Position numbers and translations under genes: made by a program
In this document: piece by piece, positions 17,180-26,426 of the stretch
Position numbering within the stretch: the stretch's first letter is position 1
Layout of the letters: every line of letters begins with the position of its first letter
IMG/VR virus record: IMGVR_UViG_3300024999_000209
Span: 1-40,590 of that record
Reading direction: 5' to 3' (one strand)
Origin: a virus
Lineage: Duplodnaviria > Caudoviricetes
DNA length: 40,590 nt
The notes under the pieces: model-generated
Told to the model about the DNA's origin: nothing
What the model saw: the letters and a program-made list of their open reading frames with translations, nothing else
The model's database searches: none

Positions 17180-17328
17180 TTCTTAACCCTCCGTTTCTCG
17201 CTAAATTCTTTATCAAATTCACATACTCCGTGTGCCATGCGCCTAATAAGGTCGTATATTGCCTGCTCCGCCGCACCGCTGGGCTTGTCCTTGTGCTGGT
17301 TGTTTTTAAAGTTTGTCCGGTCACGCAC
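17131..17328 (-). CDS. Hypothetical protein
   Basis: GTG start after GGAGG; frame choice uncertain. Confidence 0.45.
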   Translation of the reverse strand: MRDRTNFKNNQHKDKPSGAAEQAIYDLIRRMAHGVCEFDKEFSEKRRVKKWEYLQTEKKIIFYVY

Positions 17329-17330
17329 GG

Positions 17331-17888
17331 TTAGCCTCCAAACTTAAAATGGACTACTCCGGGAATCGGGTTTTCATAAGCCCACTGGATCGCCTTTTCT
17401 TTAGCATCCTTGCCGAAATAGACAAGGCATAGCGGCGTTGCAAACTGCCCCATGAATTGCTTAGTTTCAGGGTGGATAAATCCTAAGTTTTTATTTTTAG
17501 TCAGGCTCACCCAAAAGCAATCAGGGTTATTAAAAATGTAATCCCTGAAATATACCGTTTCGGGACGTAGTGGGAGGATGGAATATATCCCGCCACAAAT
17601 AGATTTTTCTTTAACTTCTTTTACCGCTTTTTTTATGAATTTATATGCAATATTAAAAGGTGGATTAAAAAAGTTAATTTCATCTCCGGAAACAAACCAA
17701 GGGCGTTTTAAACTACACCCAATATATTTTTTATAATGCTTTTTTGCTGGAATATTTTCCTCGTCACAGCATAAATCAATATCAAAATATCTGATTTTCT
17801 CAAACCCCAGAATCGGTTTATAAATAAACTCCGGCGTCTGGTAGTCGTTGCGCTCGCTTTTTTGTGTTATGTCGTATGTTTTAACCAT
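17331..17888 (-). CDS. Phage N6-adenine DNA methyltransferase (phage Dam family)
   Basis: DYQTP, FDIDLC, FFNPPF, LPLRPETVYF motifs. Confidence 0.85.
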   Translation of the reverse strand: MVKTYDITQKSERNDYQTPEFIYKPILGFEKIRYFDIDLCCDEENIPAKKHYKKYIGCSLKRPWFVSGDEINFFNPPFNIAYKFIKKAVKEVKEKSICGGIYSILPLRPETVYFRDYIFNNPDCFWVSLTKNKNLGFIHPETKQFMGQFATPLCLVYFGKDAKEKAIQWAYENPIPGVVHFKFGG

Positions 17889-18134
17889 TTTCCTTCATCT
17901 CCTTCGCTATCCACGTAAACAACCTTTTAAAGTCCCCAGCGTAGTATTTTATTGAGTACCACGCCAGCCACAGCCGGTGGCGCATTATTTAAAAACCAAG
18001 GCAAGTCCGGCAAGTAGAAGGAATCCCCCTGCTAAAAACTTTTTATCCTCAGCCATAAAAATAGCAAATAAAATCATATTGAATTGAAATTCTGTCATAT
18101 CTCTTTTCCTTCCTGCCCGCGCGGGGCGGTTAAT

Positions 18135-18827
18135 CTACTTACTAACAGGGTACTCCGCCCATTCACTGCCGAAAATTTTCGGCATTTTAACCAGTTTGCC
18201 GTTAATATGCGCCTGCTTCACAAATACAGGCACTTTTGCGGCTGTTGCCTGCAATACTATGTTTTCAATCCATTCGATTTTACATTCACGCATTCCGGGC
18301 CCTGATTCTGCCCCGACTATTACCCAATCAATGCCGGATAAATCCAGCTCTCCAAGATCACCCAGTAACGGCTCACAGGAGAGAAATTTTGTTTTTGCAT
18401 TCGTGGCCCGCAGGTCATCAATTCTGTTTTTATATTTTGCCAGCTCAACAGATACGCCCAGCCAAATATTTAACGGAAATGTCCAAAATTTTAAATTACT
18501 AGACCTTTTAGTTAAAATCTGAAAAATATGCTCTGGATGAGCTTCAATTTTATGAAATAATTTGTCTGTAAATTCTACCGGTACATTGTCATGAAATAAA
18601 TCTGACATTGAATTAACAAATATCATTTTTGGTTTTTTACCAAAATCTTTGTTTAATTCATTAGTGCAAGGCCAAACTTCCCTGAAAGGTCTTTCATACT
18701 TATATTGCCCCATTGCCTGCAGCCGCTTGTGCATTTTTTCAGCGTAGCAGTTCTGGCAGCCCTCGCTTACCTTTGTGCATCCTGTTACTGGATTCCATGT
18801 TACTTGTGTCCATTCTATTTTACTCAT
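18135..18827 (-). CDS. DUF5131 / phage Gp37-Gp68 family radical-SAM-like protein
   Basis: SKIEWT..TWNPVTGCTKVSEGCQNCYA, FVNSMSDLFH, FLSCEPLLG, DWVIVGAESG. Confidence 0.92.
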   Translation of the reverse strand: MSKIEWTQVTWNPVTGCTKVSEGCQNCYAEKMHKRLQAMGQYKYERPFREVWPCTNELNKDFGKKPKMIFVNSMSDLFHDNVPVEFTDKLFHKIEAHPEHIFQILTKRSSNLKFWTFPLNIWLGVSVELAKYKNRIDDLRATNAKTKFLSCEPLLGDLGELDLSGIDWVIVGAESGPGMRECKIEWIENIVLQATAAKVPVFVKQAHINGKLVKMPKIFGSEWAEYPVSK

Positions 18828-19082
18828 TGTGCGCCGTGCCTCCTATACTTTGTACTTCTCTAACGTGTTTATCTTTGCCTGCAACGCCTCACATTTACAT
18901 TTAAGCTGTGTTATTATGGCGTTTAATTCTTCTATACTTTGATTTTCTACCTTCTTTTCGTTTTGATAAGGGTTAAATGTATACTGCATTGCGTATTTCC
19001 TCCACTCTTTTTAGTAGAAATTCCCTCATGTCTGGCAGTTCATGCAGTAACATATTATAAAATGCTAGTAGTAGTGTCTTTC

Positions 19083-20333
19083 TCATTTGCTTGATTTCCA
19101 AAATTGCTTATTTACATCTAAAATTTGCTGATATTCTTTAACAAAATTAAGCTCAAAATTTCCTGTCATAGTGTCCCTTGCCTTTGCAACTGCGGCCTCA
19201 AGAATGCCTTTTTTATCTGATTCCGAGTTATAATAATCATCCCTGTATAAGAAAATTACAAAGTCGGAATCCTGCTCTATAGATGAACTTTCCTTTAAAT
19301 CGCTTAATATTGGTCTTTTGTTTGATCTTGCCTCGGGCGCACGGCTCAACTGTGCTAAACAGAACACCGGAACATCTAAGGTTCTGGCTAAAAGCTTCAA
19401 TCCTCTTGTTAAATAACAAACTTCCTCTCTTTTATCCCTAAAGCGGTCACTGGTTTGTAAAAGAGTTAAATAGTCTATTATTATTACGTCTAAGTTGCCC
19501 TGTCTTTTTAAAAGCCTGGCATAGCTTTCTATTTTGTTAAGAGTTATATTATATTCGTCATTTATCCACACTGGGAGTTTATTTATAGAGCTATTAAGGT
19601 TATTAAAGTAATCGGCCTGCTTATCTCCAAGCTCGTGACCTCTAACTAATAAAGAGTTTATATGTAATTCCGCACAGTTTAAACGTTTTCTTATTTCCCT
19701 TTTTGACATTTCCAAGGATATAAATAAAACATTTTTTTTCTGATCTACTATTCTACGGCATAAATTAAGAGCAAAGGCGGTTTTCCCGGCACCCGTGGCA
19801 GCTGCTATTGTGATATACTCCCCGCCATAAAAGCCCTTGGTTATGTAATCTAACTCCTTAAAGCCTGACTTTATAACCTTGTCATAGGTATTACAATAGT
19901 GTTCAAGGTCGGAATCCTCATCTTTGCCTATATGGGAAAATATTTCCTTGCTTGTGTTTTCCTCAATAAAACTTTGAAGTTCTTTTATGAGGCTTATATC
20001 TTCAATAGTTTCAGCGTTTTTTATACTGTCTTTTAGCTGTCCTTCAAGAAGTCTTTTACAAATAGAGGAATAATTAGCCGATGTTATGTAATTCATACAG
20101 GCTTGCGCTATTATATCTCCTATTTTTACATTGTATTGTTTGTTATTTTCAAGGTAATCAATAACAGCGCCGCCATCAATATACTCAAGGCTTTTAACTG
20201 CGTTGATTATTTTTTGACAATTACTATCAAAACGGTACAGCTTAAGAAATTCGAGAATGTTTTTCCTATTAATAGGACAATTTAAAAGCATTCCTATTAT
20301 TTCTATCTCGTAATCTATCCGTGCAGTTGCCAT
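19083..20333 (-). CDS. dnaB: Replicative helicase DnaB-like
   Basis: AATGAGKT, SLEM, IIDYL, LAQLSR..E.R..KRP.LSDLKESSSIEQDSD. Confidence 0.92.
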   Translation of the reverse strand: MATARIDYEIEIIGMLLNCPINRKNILEFLKLYRFDSNCQKIINAVKSLEYIDGGAVIDYLENNKQYNVKIGDIIAQACMNYITSANYSSICKRLLEGQLKDSIKNAETIEDISLIKELQSFIEENTSKEIFSHIGKDEDSDLEHYCNTYDKVIKSGFKELDYITKGFYGGEYITIAAATGAGKTAFALNLCRRIVDQKKNVLFISLEMSKREIRKRLNCAELHINSLLVRGHELGDKQADYFNNLNSSINKLPVWINDEYNITLNKIESYARLLKRQGNLDVIIIDYLTLLQTSDRFRDKREEVCYLTRGLKLLARTLDVPVFCLAQLSRAPEARSNKRPILSDLKESSSIEQDSDFVIFLYRDDYYNSESDKKGILEAAVAKARDTMTGNFELNFVKEYQQILDVNKQFWKSSK

Positions 20334-21019
20334 TTCCCATTATCCTTTACTATTTCTTTTGCCTGAGAATTACTTGCAATTTTTAAAATATAATTATCGT
20401 TGTTACAGTTGGGCGGCACATTCGCATGCTTGAATTTTGTAGCAATCTCAACCAAATTGACATTTTTGTACGTTTTTTTAATACTACCCAAAAGGACTTT
20501 TATGGCTTTTTCTCTATTTTCAAAAGTATGGTAATTTGATTCGAAAATTATTTTAAAAAATTCATCTTCGTCGGATAATTCTATTCTATTCTGTTCTGTT
20601 CTATTCTGTTGTTCAAAATTCGTCGAATGATCGTCGAATGATCTTCGAATGATCTTCGAATTACTTAAAGTTTTATAGCCATATTTACCTAATAACTCGC
20701 CCGATGGGAGTGGATAAGTAAAATTAGGCCTATCTACCCTCTGATGTTCAGAGAATGTAATAATCCAGATATACTCCTGCCCGCTGGATTCGTATATCGT
20801 AACAAGGTTATTTTTAATTAACTCATCAAGAAATTTTTCTACGTCAACATTGTCCGCCGGGAAAACATTCATTTTATTTTTTTTAGGACTATTCTTCAAA
20901 AGACCGTTGTCATCAGCAAAGTTAAGCATTCCGATGAATAATAACCTTGCCCCAAAAGAACATTCAGCTAATTGCTCGTTTCCCCACAATTGATGTTTTA
21001 TTATTCTATTTCTTGCCAT
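20315..21019 (-). CDS. Phage replication initiator (O-like, wHTH)
   Basis: MARNR.IK...W..E.L.....ARLLFIG..NFADD.G family; upstream of DnaB; internal iterons. Confidence 0.8.
   Translation of the reverse strand: MARNRIIKHQLWGNEQLAECSFGARLLFIGMLNFADDNGLLKNSPKKNKMNVFPADNVDVEKFLDELIKNNLVTIYESSGQEYIWIITFSEHQRVDRPNFTYPLPSGELLGKYGYKTLSNSKIIRRSFDDHSTNFEQQNRTEQNRIELSDEDEFFKIIFESNYHTFENREKAIKVLLGSIKKTYKNVNLVEIATKFKHANVPPNCNNDNYILKIASNSQAKEIVKDNGKWQLHG
20581..20663. repeat. Putative lytic origin: four tandem 11-bp iterons plus a pentamer tract
   Basis: TCGTCGAATGA x2, TCTTCGAATGA, TCTTCGAATTA (20620-20663); CT(A/G)TT x6 (20581-20610). Confidence 0.75.
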
Positions 21020-21060
21020 ATATTCTCCTCTCGCACACCCCGCCGCGCGGCTAGGGCTGT

Positions 21061-21183
21061 TTATTCTTCTTCGTATTCGTCATCAGGGTCAATGCCGTTT
21101 AATTCGTTGTAACAATCCTCGCAAAGATCCCCAGCTTCCATTAATTCCCATTGCCCGCAATTCCGGCATAAATCATAACTCAT
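21061..21183 (-). CDS. 40-aa acidic zinc-finger peptide
   Basis: MSYDLCRNCG...LCEDCYNELNGIDPDDEYEEE. Confidence 0.6.
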   Translation of the reverse strand: MSYDLCRNCGQWELMEAGDLCEDCYNELNGIDPDDEYEEE

Positions 21184-21859
21184 GCCACCGCCCCCGCACC
21201 TCTGCCTCGGTCAATAAATTTTTATTTACCTTTCTTGTAAATGCCATATTTTCTTTTTGAGTGCATATTAATAAATTTTCTTTTCTGTTGTCCTGAGGGC
21301 TTCCATTGATATGATGAACAACTTTGTCTTTGGGTGGGTTCATTATTAGTCTATGTATACTAAAACTTGGGTTTTTATAGCTTTCATTTGCTCTTGCATA
21401 GTAATTTTTGCCCTTGCCGCGGTGAGCTTGCCAAACATATTTACTTACTTTTTCTATATCTTCAGAGTCTATTAAGAACTCAAGAATAAGGTCATTTCTT
21501 TTTATTAATACTTTTGAATATTTATCATTTATTTTTATAATCTTATTTTTCTTTATCTTACTCCTAAAGGAATTATGACAATCATAAGAACAAAAAAACT
21601 TACTAGTTTTACTGGCTTTTATTTTATGTTGCTGTCTTTCGATTTCCTGTCCACAGAAAGCACAATTAAATTTTTCACGACTAATGACCATGCCTTTGTA
21701 GTGTTTATTTTGGCAATCTCTATTGCAGTAAAGATTTTTTGCTGTTTTTACATAGCAAGGAGCTTTCCATATTTCTTTATTGCAATAAGCGCAATTAACT
21801 TTTATTTTTTTCGATAAGGCCTTGCTTATTTTTTGTTTTGTTTCTTCTAAATGTGCCAT
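21173..21859 (-). CDS. HNH endonuclease with two N-terminal Zn-binding repeats
   Basis: C..C.K.....YC...C x2; HRLIM.....VVHHINGSPQDNRKENL. Confidence 0.88.
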   Translation of the reverse strand: MAHLEETKQKISKALSKKIKVNCAYCNKEIWKAPCYVKTAKNLYCNRDCQNKHYKGMVISREKFNCAFCGQEIERQQHKIKASKTSKFFCSYDCHNSFRSKIKKNKIIKINDKYSKVLIKRNDLILEFLIDSEDIEKVSKYVWQAHRGKGKNYYARANESYKNPSFSIHRLIMNPPKDKVVHHINGSPQDNRKENLLICTQKENMAFTRKVNKNLLTEAEVRGRWHEL

Positions 21860-21895
21860 TATTCTTGCTCCACGCCGATCCGCTGCCAGAATTCT

Positions 21896-22231
21896 CTAGT
21901 TGTTTCCATGGTGTGCCTCCTGTGCTTCTGTCTTTGGTACTAATCCAATAAGTTTTAAATCGCTTGAATTGTTTGTAATTTTTGCACCTGGAATTATTCG
22001 CATAAAATTAGCTATCATTGCCGAAGATAAGCCCTTAAACTCTAATTCGCTTATTGGGCTAGTATTTCTATGTAATTTTATTATTTTTGGTCTAGATATA
22101 TACTTACTCAAGCGTATGCCAGAATAGCAACGCTCATGCTCAACGGCCACAGCCTCGCAAGGTGTTAATATTGCAAAAACGCCATCACTATTCTTGCCAT
22201 AATAAGGGTAATTTATTTTATATCCACTCAC
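21896..22231 (-). CDS. Hypothetical protein
   Basis: Coupled ORF in the early operon. Confidence 0.6.
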   Translation of the reverse strand: MSGYKINYPYYGKNSDGVFAILTPCEAVAVEHERCYSGIRLSKYISRPKIIKLHRNTSPISELEFKGLSSAMIANFMRIIPGAKITNNSSDLKLIGLVPKTEAQEAHHGNN

Positions 22232-22235
22232 CGGC

Positions 22236-22667
22236 CTACCCCTCCCCCTGCGGTTCTTGGCTTATCCCGCACTTGTCGCTAAAATACTCAAAATCCTTAT
22301 TATTTAGCACTATAGCAGCGTCTTTTGCTTCCTGCGGTGCGGCGGTCAGGGCTGCGTCTACTTTTATTAAGTATCTGCTAGCTATGCCTGATGTATCTTT
22401 GGATATTTCAAGCTCGCAAGTAAAGGGTAAAATATCAGTATGTAATTTTCTTATATCCTTAAATCCTCTTCTTGCTTCTTCCAACACATCCAGAAGCCGC
22501 TGGTTTTCTGCAATAACTTCTTTAGCTTTTAAATAGCTGATAGCAAAAGAATCCTCTTCACTAAAAAGCCCGCAAATCCGGCTAAGGTTTTCTAAAGTTA
22601 GCTCCACCTCCGCCGCCTGCGCTTGAAGCTGGGCTTCTTTGTTTGCACAATGTGGACATATAGTCAT
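22236..22667 (-). CDS. Hypothetical protein (CxxC plus coiled coil)
   Basis: 143 aa, coupled. Confidence 0.6.
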   Translation of the reverse strand: MTICPHCANKEAQLQAQAAEVELTLENLSRICGLFSEEDSFAISYLKAKEVIAENQRLLDVLEEARRGFKDIRKLHTDILPFTCELEISKDTSGIASRYLIKVDAALTAAPQEAKDAAIVLNNKDFEYFSDKCGISQEPQGEG

Positions 22668-22816
22668 TATGATTCTCCCTTCCTGATTATCTCAAACCCC
22701 ACGCCACGGGCTATGTCGTTCTTGCAAGCCTGACACTGTAAATAAACACATTCAGGCGGACATTTTACATCTGTACTGCCGCAGTTTCGGCATTTATATT
22801 TGTTTAATGCTGTCAT
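22667..22816 (-). CDS. Small zinc-ribbon protein (start MTALNKYKC)
   Basis: AAGGAGG RBS; CRNC...CQAC. Confidence 0.6.
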   Translation of the reverse strand: MTALNKYKCRNCGSTDVKCPPECVYLQCQACKNDIARGVGFEIIRKGES

Positions 22817-23069
22817 GATTGCCTCCTTTATGCTTATTCTCAAATTCCCATCCAGTACAAATATGATTTCCGTCTTTATCAAGACGGGGAGTTGTTGAGC
22901 CAAACCATCCAGATTTTGTATAGTGACATCCTGTAGCGTTATCTATATACAAACCTAAACCACTTCTTGCAAACCGGCTTTTGTCGGTGCTATCAGTAGG
23001 GGTAAACAAATTAAAGATAAAGCTCAAAATCAAAAAAATAACGATAAAAGTAATAATTTTATCAAGCAT
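22794..23069 (-). CDS. Membrane-anchored DUF6440-like protein
   Basis: N-terminal TM; D..TGC.Y......TPRLD.DG motif. Confidence 0.6.
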   Translation of the reverse strand: MLDKIITFIVIFLILSFIFNLFTPTDSTDKSRFARSGLGLYIDNATGCHYTKSGWFGSTTPRLDKDGNHICTGWEFENKHKGGNHDSIKQI

Positions 23070-23512
23070 TACATTTTCCTCCGTGCATATTCTGCTATTA
23101 ATAAAGCCTCTGCCCTGCCGTCCTGCGCGTTTCTTATTTCCTCTTTAGGAAATAGCTGCCGGGCGGTCTGCACAGATAGCCCTTTTGTGCTGTTTAGATT
23201 AAATTCTTTTTTCCAGACCTGAGGGCGAATTTCCTGGAAAGGGATTTTTAAAGCTGTTAAAATTCCTTTATATGCCCCATAGCCAGTACCATAATTAAAC
23301 ATTGAGGTTACACCCTGTTTCGGCATTGCCTGAGCTTTTTCTATCAAGCAAAATGCGCTATCTTTGAATGCTTCAAGCTCCTCGCTTATTGCCTGTAAAT
23401 CAATTTCTTTTTCGCACAGCGGGCAATCAAAAACTAATACAATTCCTTTTTTGTCCAGTATGGCTATTGCACCCTTTTTCCCCGGGTCAATTCCTATAAA
23501 ATACTTGCTCAC
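23069..23512 (-). CDS. RuvC-like Holliday junction resolvase
   Basis: IGIDPGKKGAIA, IE, QGVTSMFNYG, PQVWKK, DGRAEALLIA; GTG start after AGGAGG. Confidence 0.85.
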   Translation of the reverse strand: MSKYFIGIDPGKKGAIAILDKKGIVLVFDCPLCEKEIDLQAISEELEAFKDSAFCLIEKAQAMPKQGVTSMFNYGTGYGAYKGILTALKIPFQEIRPQVWKKEFNLNSTKGLSVQTARQLFPKEEIRNAQDGRAEALLIAEYARRKM

Positions 23513-23784
23513 GACTCCCCCGCCTCCTGCACTAACTCTAAAAGGCAATACTCTTCATGGGTAAGCTTGCCTGTTTTCCGGCGTGGCCTGCTCGGCAAGC
23601 AAACACAAAAATCCTTATGTCGCCCGCAGTTCTGGCAATATACAACCTCTGCCGCTTGCATTAATGGTGTTGGCTCCTCGCCATAGGCTTGTTCCAAGTC
23701 TTTTTCATAAAGAAAATTACTTTTATGTATAGCTAAAGCTAAATCCTTTATAGTTTTAATCAGCTCTGATAAATCTTGACACAT
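23509..23784 (-). CDS. Hypothetical Cys-containing protein
   Basis: 91 aa ORF with RBS. Confidence 0.55.
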   Translation of the reverse strand: MCQDLSELIKTIKDLALAIHKSNFLYEKDLEQAYGEEPTPLMQAAEVVYCQNCGRHKDFCVCLPSRPRRKTGKLTHEEYCLLELVQEAGES

Positions 23785-23908
23785 ATTCGGCTATTTCCTT
23801 CTCACTCATCCAAAATATATTTTTTAAAGGTGGCAGTTTGCTTCCGAGGCCTGCCAACTCGTGCCTGTTTATTTGCGTGGCCCCCACGCCGGCCGGCGAG
23901 GTTACTTC

Positions 23909-24535
23909 TTAAAACGGGATTTCATCTATATCCTCTCCGGTCAAGTCGCTGTCCACTTGTGATCCATCAGTGCTATCTATCATTTTTTGAAAAGTCATTG
24001 AATTAGTTATTTTTTCCTGTAGCCATTCAGGGAAATCGGCAATTTTCTTTAAATCGTCAACATCAAAATCAAAAGATTTTAATTCATTTTCTACGGCTAT
24101 AGGTGTGTGTGTTTTACCTACAGGAAGAACATTGATAATATTCCAGGTTTTATCGTTTTTTGTTTCGTGGATTATCTGTATATTGCAGTCTTTCCCTAAA
24201 ATATTCTTTAAATTAAAAGCCTTTAATTCTTCCTCGGTGAAAGCTTTTCCCCTCCAAGAGTTTAAATCTTTTCTCAGGTTGGATTTTTCGCCCAAATTGG
24301 CAGTATAAGTTTTTCTTACTATTTGATTAAATTTCTTTTTTTCGCCGTCTTTTTCATATTCGATAACTATTTCGGGGATTTCCCATTCAAGTAAAACTTG
24401 ATTTTTGTACTTGGTAACGCCCTGATATTCTGTTTCCTGCTCTCCAAGGTCAACAACAGAAATACACTTAGCCTCATACAATCCCTCAGGGATTAATTTG
24501 TATTCCTTTTTTTCTTCTTTAATTGTAAGCGACAT
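23909..24535 (-). CDS. Phage ssDNA-binding-like protein (NGO0469-like family) with an acidic DEIPF tail
   Basis: PEG.Y.A.C..VVDLG.Q, SNLRKDL.SWRG..FT; C-terminal DIDEIPF. Confidence 0.7.
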   Translation of the reverse strand: MSLTIKEEKKEYKLIPEGLYEAKCISVVDLGEQETEYQGVTKYKNQVLLEWEIPEIVIEYEKDGEKKKFNQIVRKTYTANLGEKSNLRKDLNSWRGKAFTEEELKAFNLKNILGKDCNIQIIHETKNDKTWNIINVLPVGKTHTPIAVENELKSFDFDVDDLKKIADFPEWLQEKITNSMTFQKMIDSTDGSQVDSDLTGEDIDEIPF

Positions 24536-24875
24536 GTTTTTCTCCTTTTCCGCCCACTACGGGGCATTTAATTATCTCTAAAGTATTCTTCTAATTCTTT
24601 TTTGTCTTCCAGGTCAGACAGCCAGCCCGTCACCGGGTCTTTAATAAAGAATCCGGCTATCAGACATAATAAGCACGCTATAAATTCCATTTATTTCCCT
24701 CTTTAATTGTTGCTGTGGTCGTTGTTCTCAAATAATTTGGCTGATTCTTTTTCCATATGTTGTTCTATTATTTCTACGCCGATTTCCTTTGTTAGTATTT
24801 CAATATTTCTTTCAGCAATGGCCTTGATCGCGTAACAATCAGCTAGTAGTGATAAATTTAATACGTGGTCTGTCA

Positions 24876-25241
24876 TTATTCGATTTCCTCCAGCCAGTTT
24901 TTAAGCCCTAACACGGCAAGGTGTAAATCTTCACTGAATAAATCATCTATGGCATCAACAGCAAAGGGAAATTCATCAAGGACTTCATACAGGTCATCAG
25001 CCCTTAGTTTTACAGTTAGGTTGCCGTAGTAATGGTTGCAAATATAGATACACAACAAAACTCGCTCGTTCCAGCTTGATTGCTTATAAAACCTATTCCA
25101 GAAGTTAATCAGCTTCGGCATCCATTTTTCAAGCTCATTTTCCTGCTTTGCTTGGTTTTCTTCTATGTATCTTTTTTCTGCTTTTTCCTGATAATCGCAG
25201 TGCTTATTCCATTCTGCGGCAGGGTCATAGTTTACATTCAT
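24876..25241 (-). CDS. Hypothetical protein
   Basis: 121 aa, AAGGA RBS. Confidence 0.65.
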   Translation of the reverse strand: MNVNYDPAAEWNKHCDYQEKAEKRYIEENQAKQENELEKWMPKLINFWNRFYKQSSWNERVLLCIYICNHYYGNLTVKLRADDLYEVLDEFPFAVDAIDDLFSEDLHLAVLGLKNWLEEIE

Positions 25242-25582
25242 TGTGCTATCCTTTAATTAAATCCCTATAACCTGTCAGAGATTTAGGAAAAGGGCCGCAC
25301 GGGGGCGGCATGAGGATCATCTGCCTTGCTGTAAATTCAATGCCTGCTTTACTGGCTGGCCGCATACGCAGGTCTTTAAGTGTGTGCAATGTGTTTTGCT
25401 TCCAGTGTTTAACCAATATTGACGGCATGTTTCTTTGTGCTTGCAGTCCATTTTTATAATCCCTTCATTTCTACTAATACCTGGTAATCGTTAATGCTTG
25501 TTTGATGTGGCGGGTTATACCCGGTTGCGATCATAGCCAGTAAGATTATTATCAAAGTTATTCTCAAAGTGCGCCTCCTTTT

Positions 25583-25999
25583 TTAATCACAAACTAAACT
25601 CTGAATATTAACCCCATCAAGCTTTTCCTGTTCAGTCAAATTGCATTCTGAACAATTGCCACTTAATCCTGAACAATCGCCCCTTAATCCTGAACAATCG
25701 CCCCATAATCTTGAACAATTGCCCCATAATTCTGAACAATCGCCCCATAATCTTGAACAATCGCCACTTAATTCTGAACAATTGCCACTTAATCCTGAAC
25801 AATTGCCACTTAATCTTGAACAATTGCCCCATAATCCTGAACAATTGCCACTTAATTCTGAACAATCGCCCCATAATCTTGAACAATCGCCACTTAATTC
25901 TGAACAATTGCCTAAATTTCCATTATCAACAATAGTTTTACTGCCATCAGTATTAATAATAAATAATTCTTTTTTGACTCTTTTTAGCGCCTTTTCCAT
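25583..25999 (-). CDS. Cys-ladder heptapeptide-repeat protein
   Basis: G[N/D]CS[E/R/G]L[S/W/R] x12 plus a partial unit; AAAGGA RBS. Confidence 0.8.
   Translation of the reverse strand: MEKALKRVKKELFIINTDGSKTIVDNGNLGNCSELSGDCSRLWGDCSELSGNCSGLWGNCSRLSGNCSGLSGNCSELSGDCSRLWGDCSELWGNCSRLWGDCSGLRGDCSGLSGNCSECNLTEQEKLDGVNIQSLVCD
25646..25912. repeat. 21-bp tandem repeat, about 12.7 units
   Basis: - strand consensus GGC RAT TGT TCA RRA TTA (AGT/TGG/AGG). Confidence 0.95.
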
Positions 26000-26147
26000 T
26001 TTATTTTTCCTTTCGTGTTTGTAATAAAAGCGGGGCTAACTGTGATCGTGTCGTTGAGCGTGCTAGCCCCGGAGTAAAGAGTGTTTGGGTCTTAGTATGA
26101 TATTGTGCGCTGTTGATCGCCCCGACAGCGTGCGGGTTTTGTTTGAT

Positions 26148-26176
26148 TTGACTTGGAAATATCTTTGGTATATAAA
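26148..26176 (+). promoter_or_regulatory. PRE-like promoter antisense to cro, pointing at cI
   Basis: TTGACT-17-TATAAA just past the cro stop. Confidence 0.55.
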
Positions 26177-26181
26177 ATAGA

Positions 26182-26361
26182 TTAAACAGATAACCTATAA
26201 GTTTGAAAGATAAAATCGATTAGTGGCTTGCTGGTAGAAGTGCCAGCTAGCACCTGGTGGACAAAAACCCTTGAACATCCGTATGCTCTGGCAATACCTG
26301 ACAGGGTAATACCGAGGTCTTTAAGTTCTTGTCTAATGTTAAGTAATTGTTTTTTAGTCAT
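26182..26361 (-). CDS. Cro/Ner-like HTH regulator, 59 aa (not in the ORF track)
   Basis: MTKKQLLNIRQELKDLGITLSGIARAYGCSRVFVHQVLAG...; divergent from the repressor. Confidence 0.8.
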   Translation of the reverse strand: MTKKQLLNIRQELKDLGITLSGIARAYGCSRVFVHQVLAGTSTSKPLIDFIFQTYRLSV

Positions 26362-26396
26362 GATTGATTTAATCTTTACTTTATTAACTTGATATA

Positions 26397-26426
26397 ATAG
26401 TAAACCAAACTTGACTTTCTGTCAAG
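26397..26426 (-). promoter_or_regulatory. Early lytic promoter overlapping a palindromic operator
   Basis: TTGACA-17-TACTAT on the - strand; CTTGAC-TTTCT-GTCAAG at 26410-26426. Confidence 0.75.

Noticed and set aside
25632-26024. Three extra ORFs over the 21-bp repeat; possible CRISPR array or DGR variable region
   Set aside because: The open frames result from 21-bp periodicity. There are no unique spacers, cas genes, reverse transcriptase or template repeat
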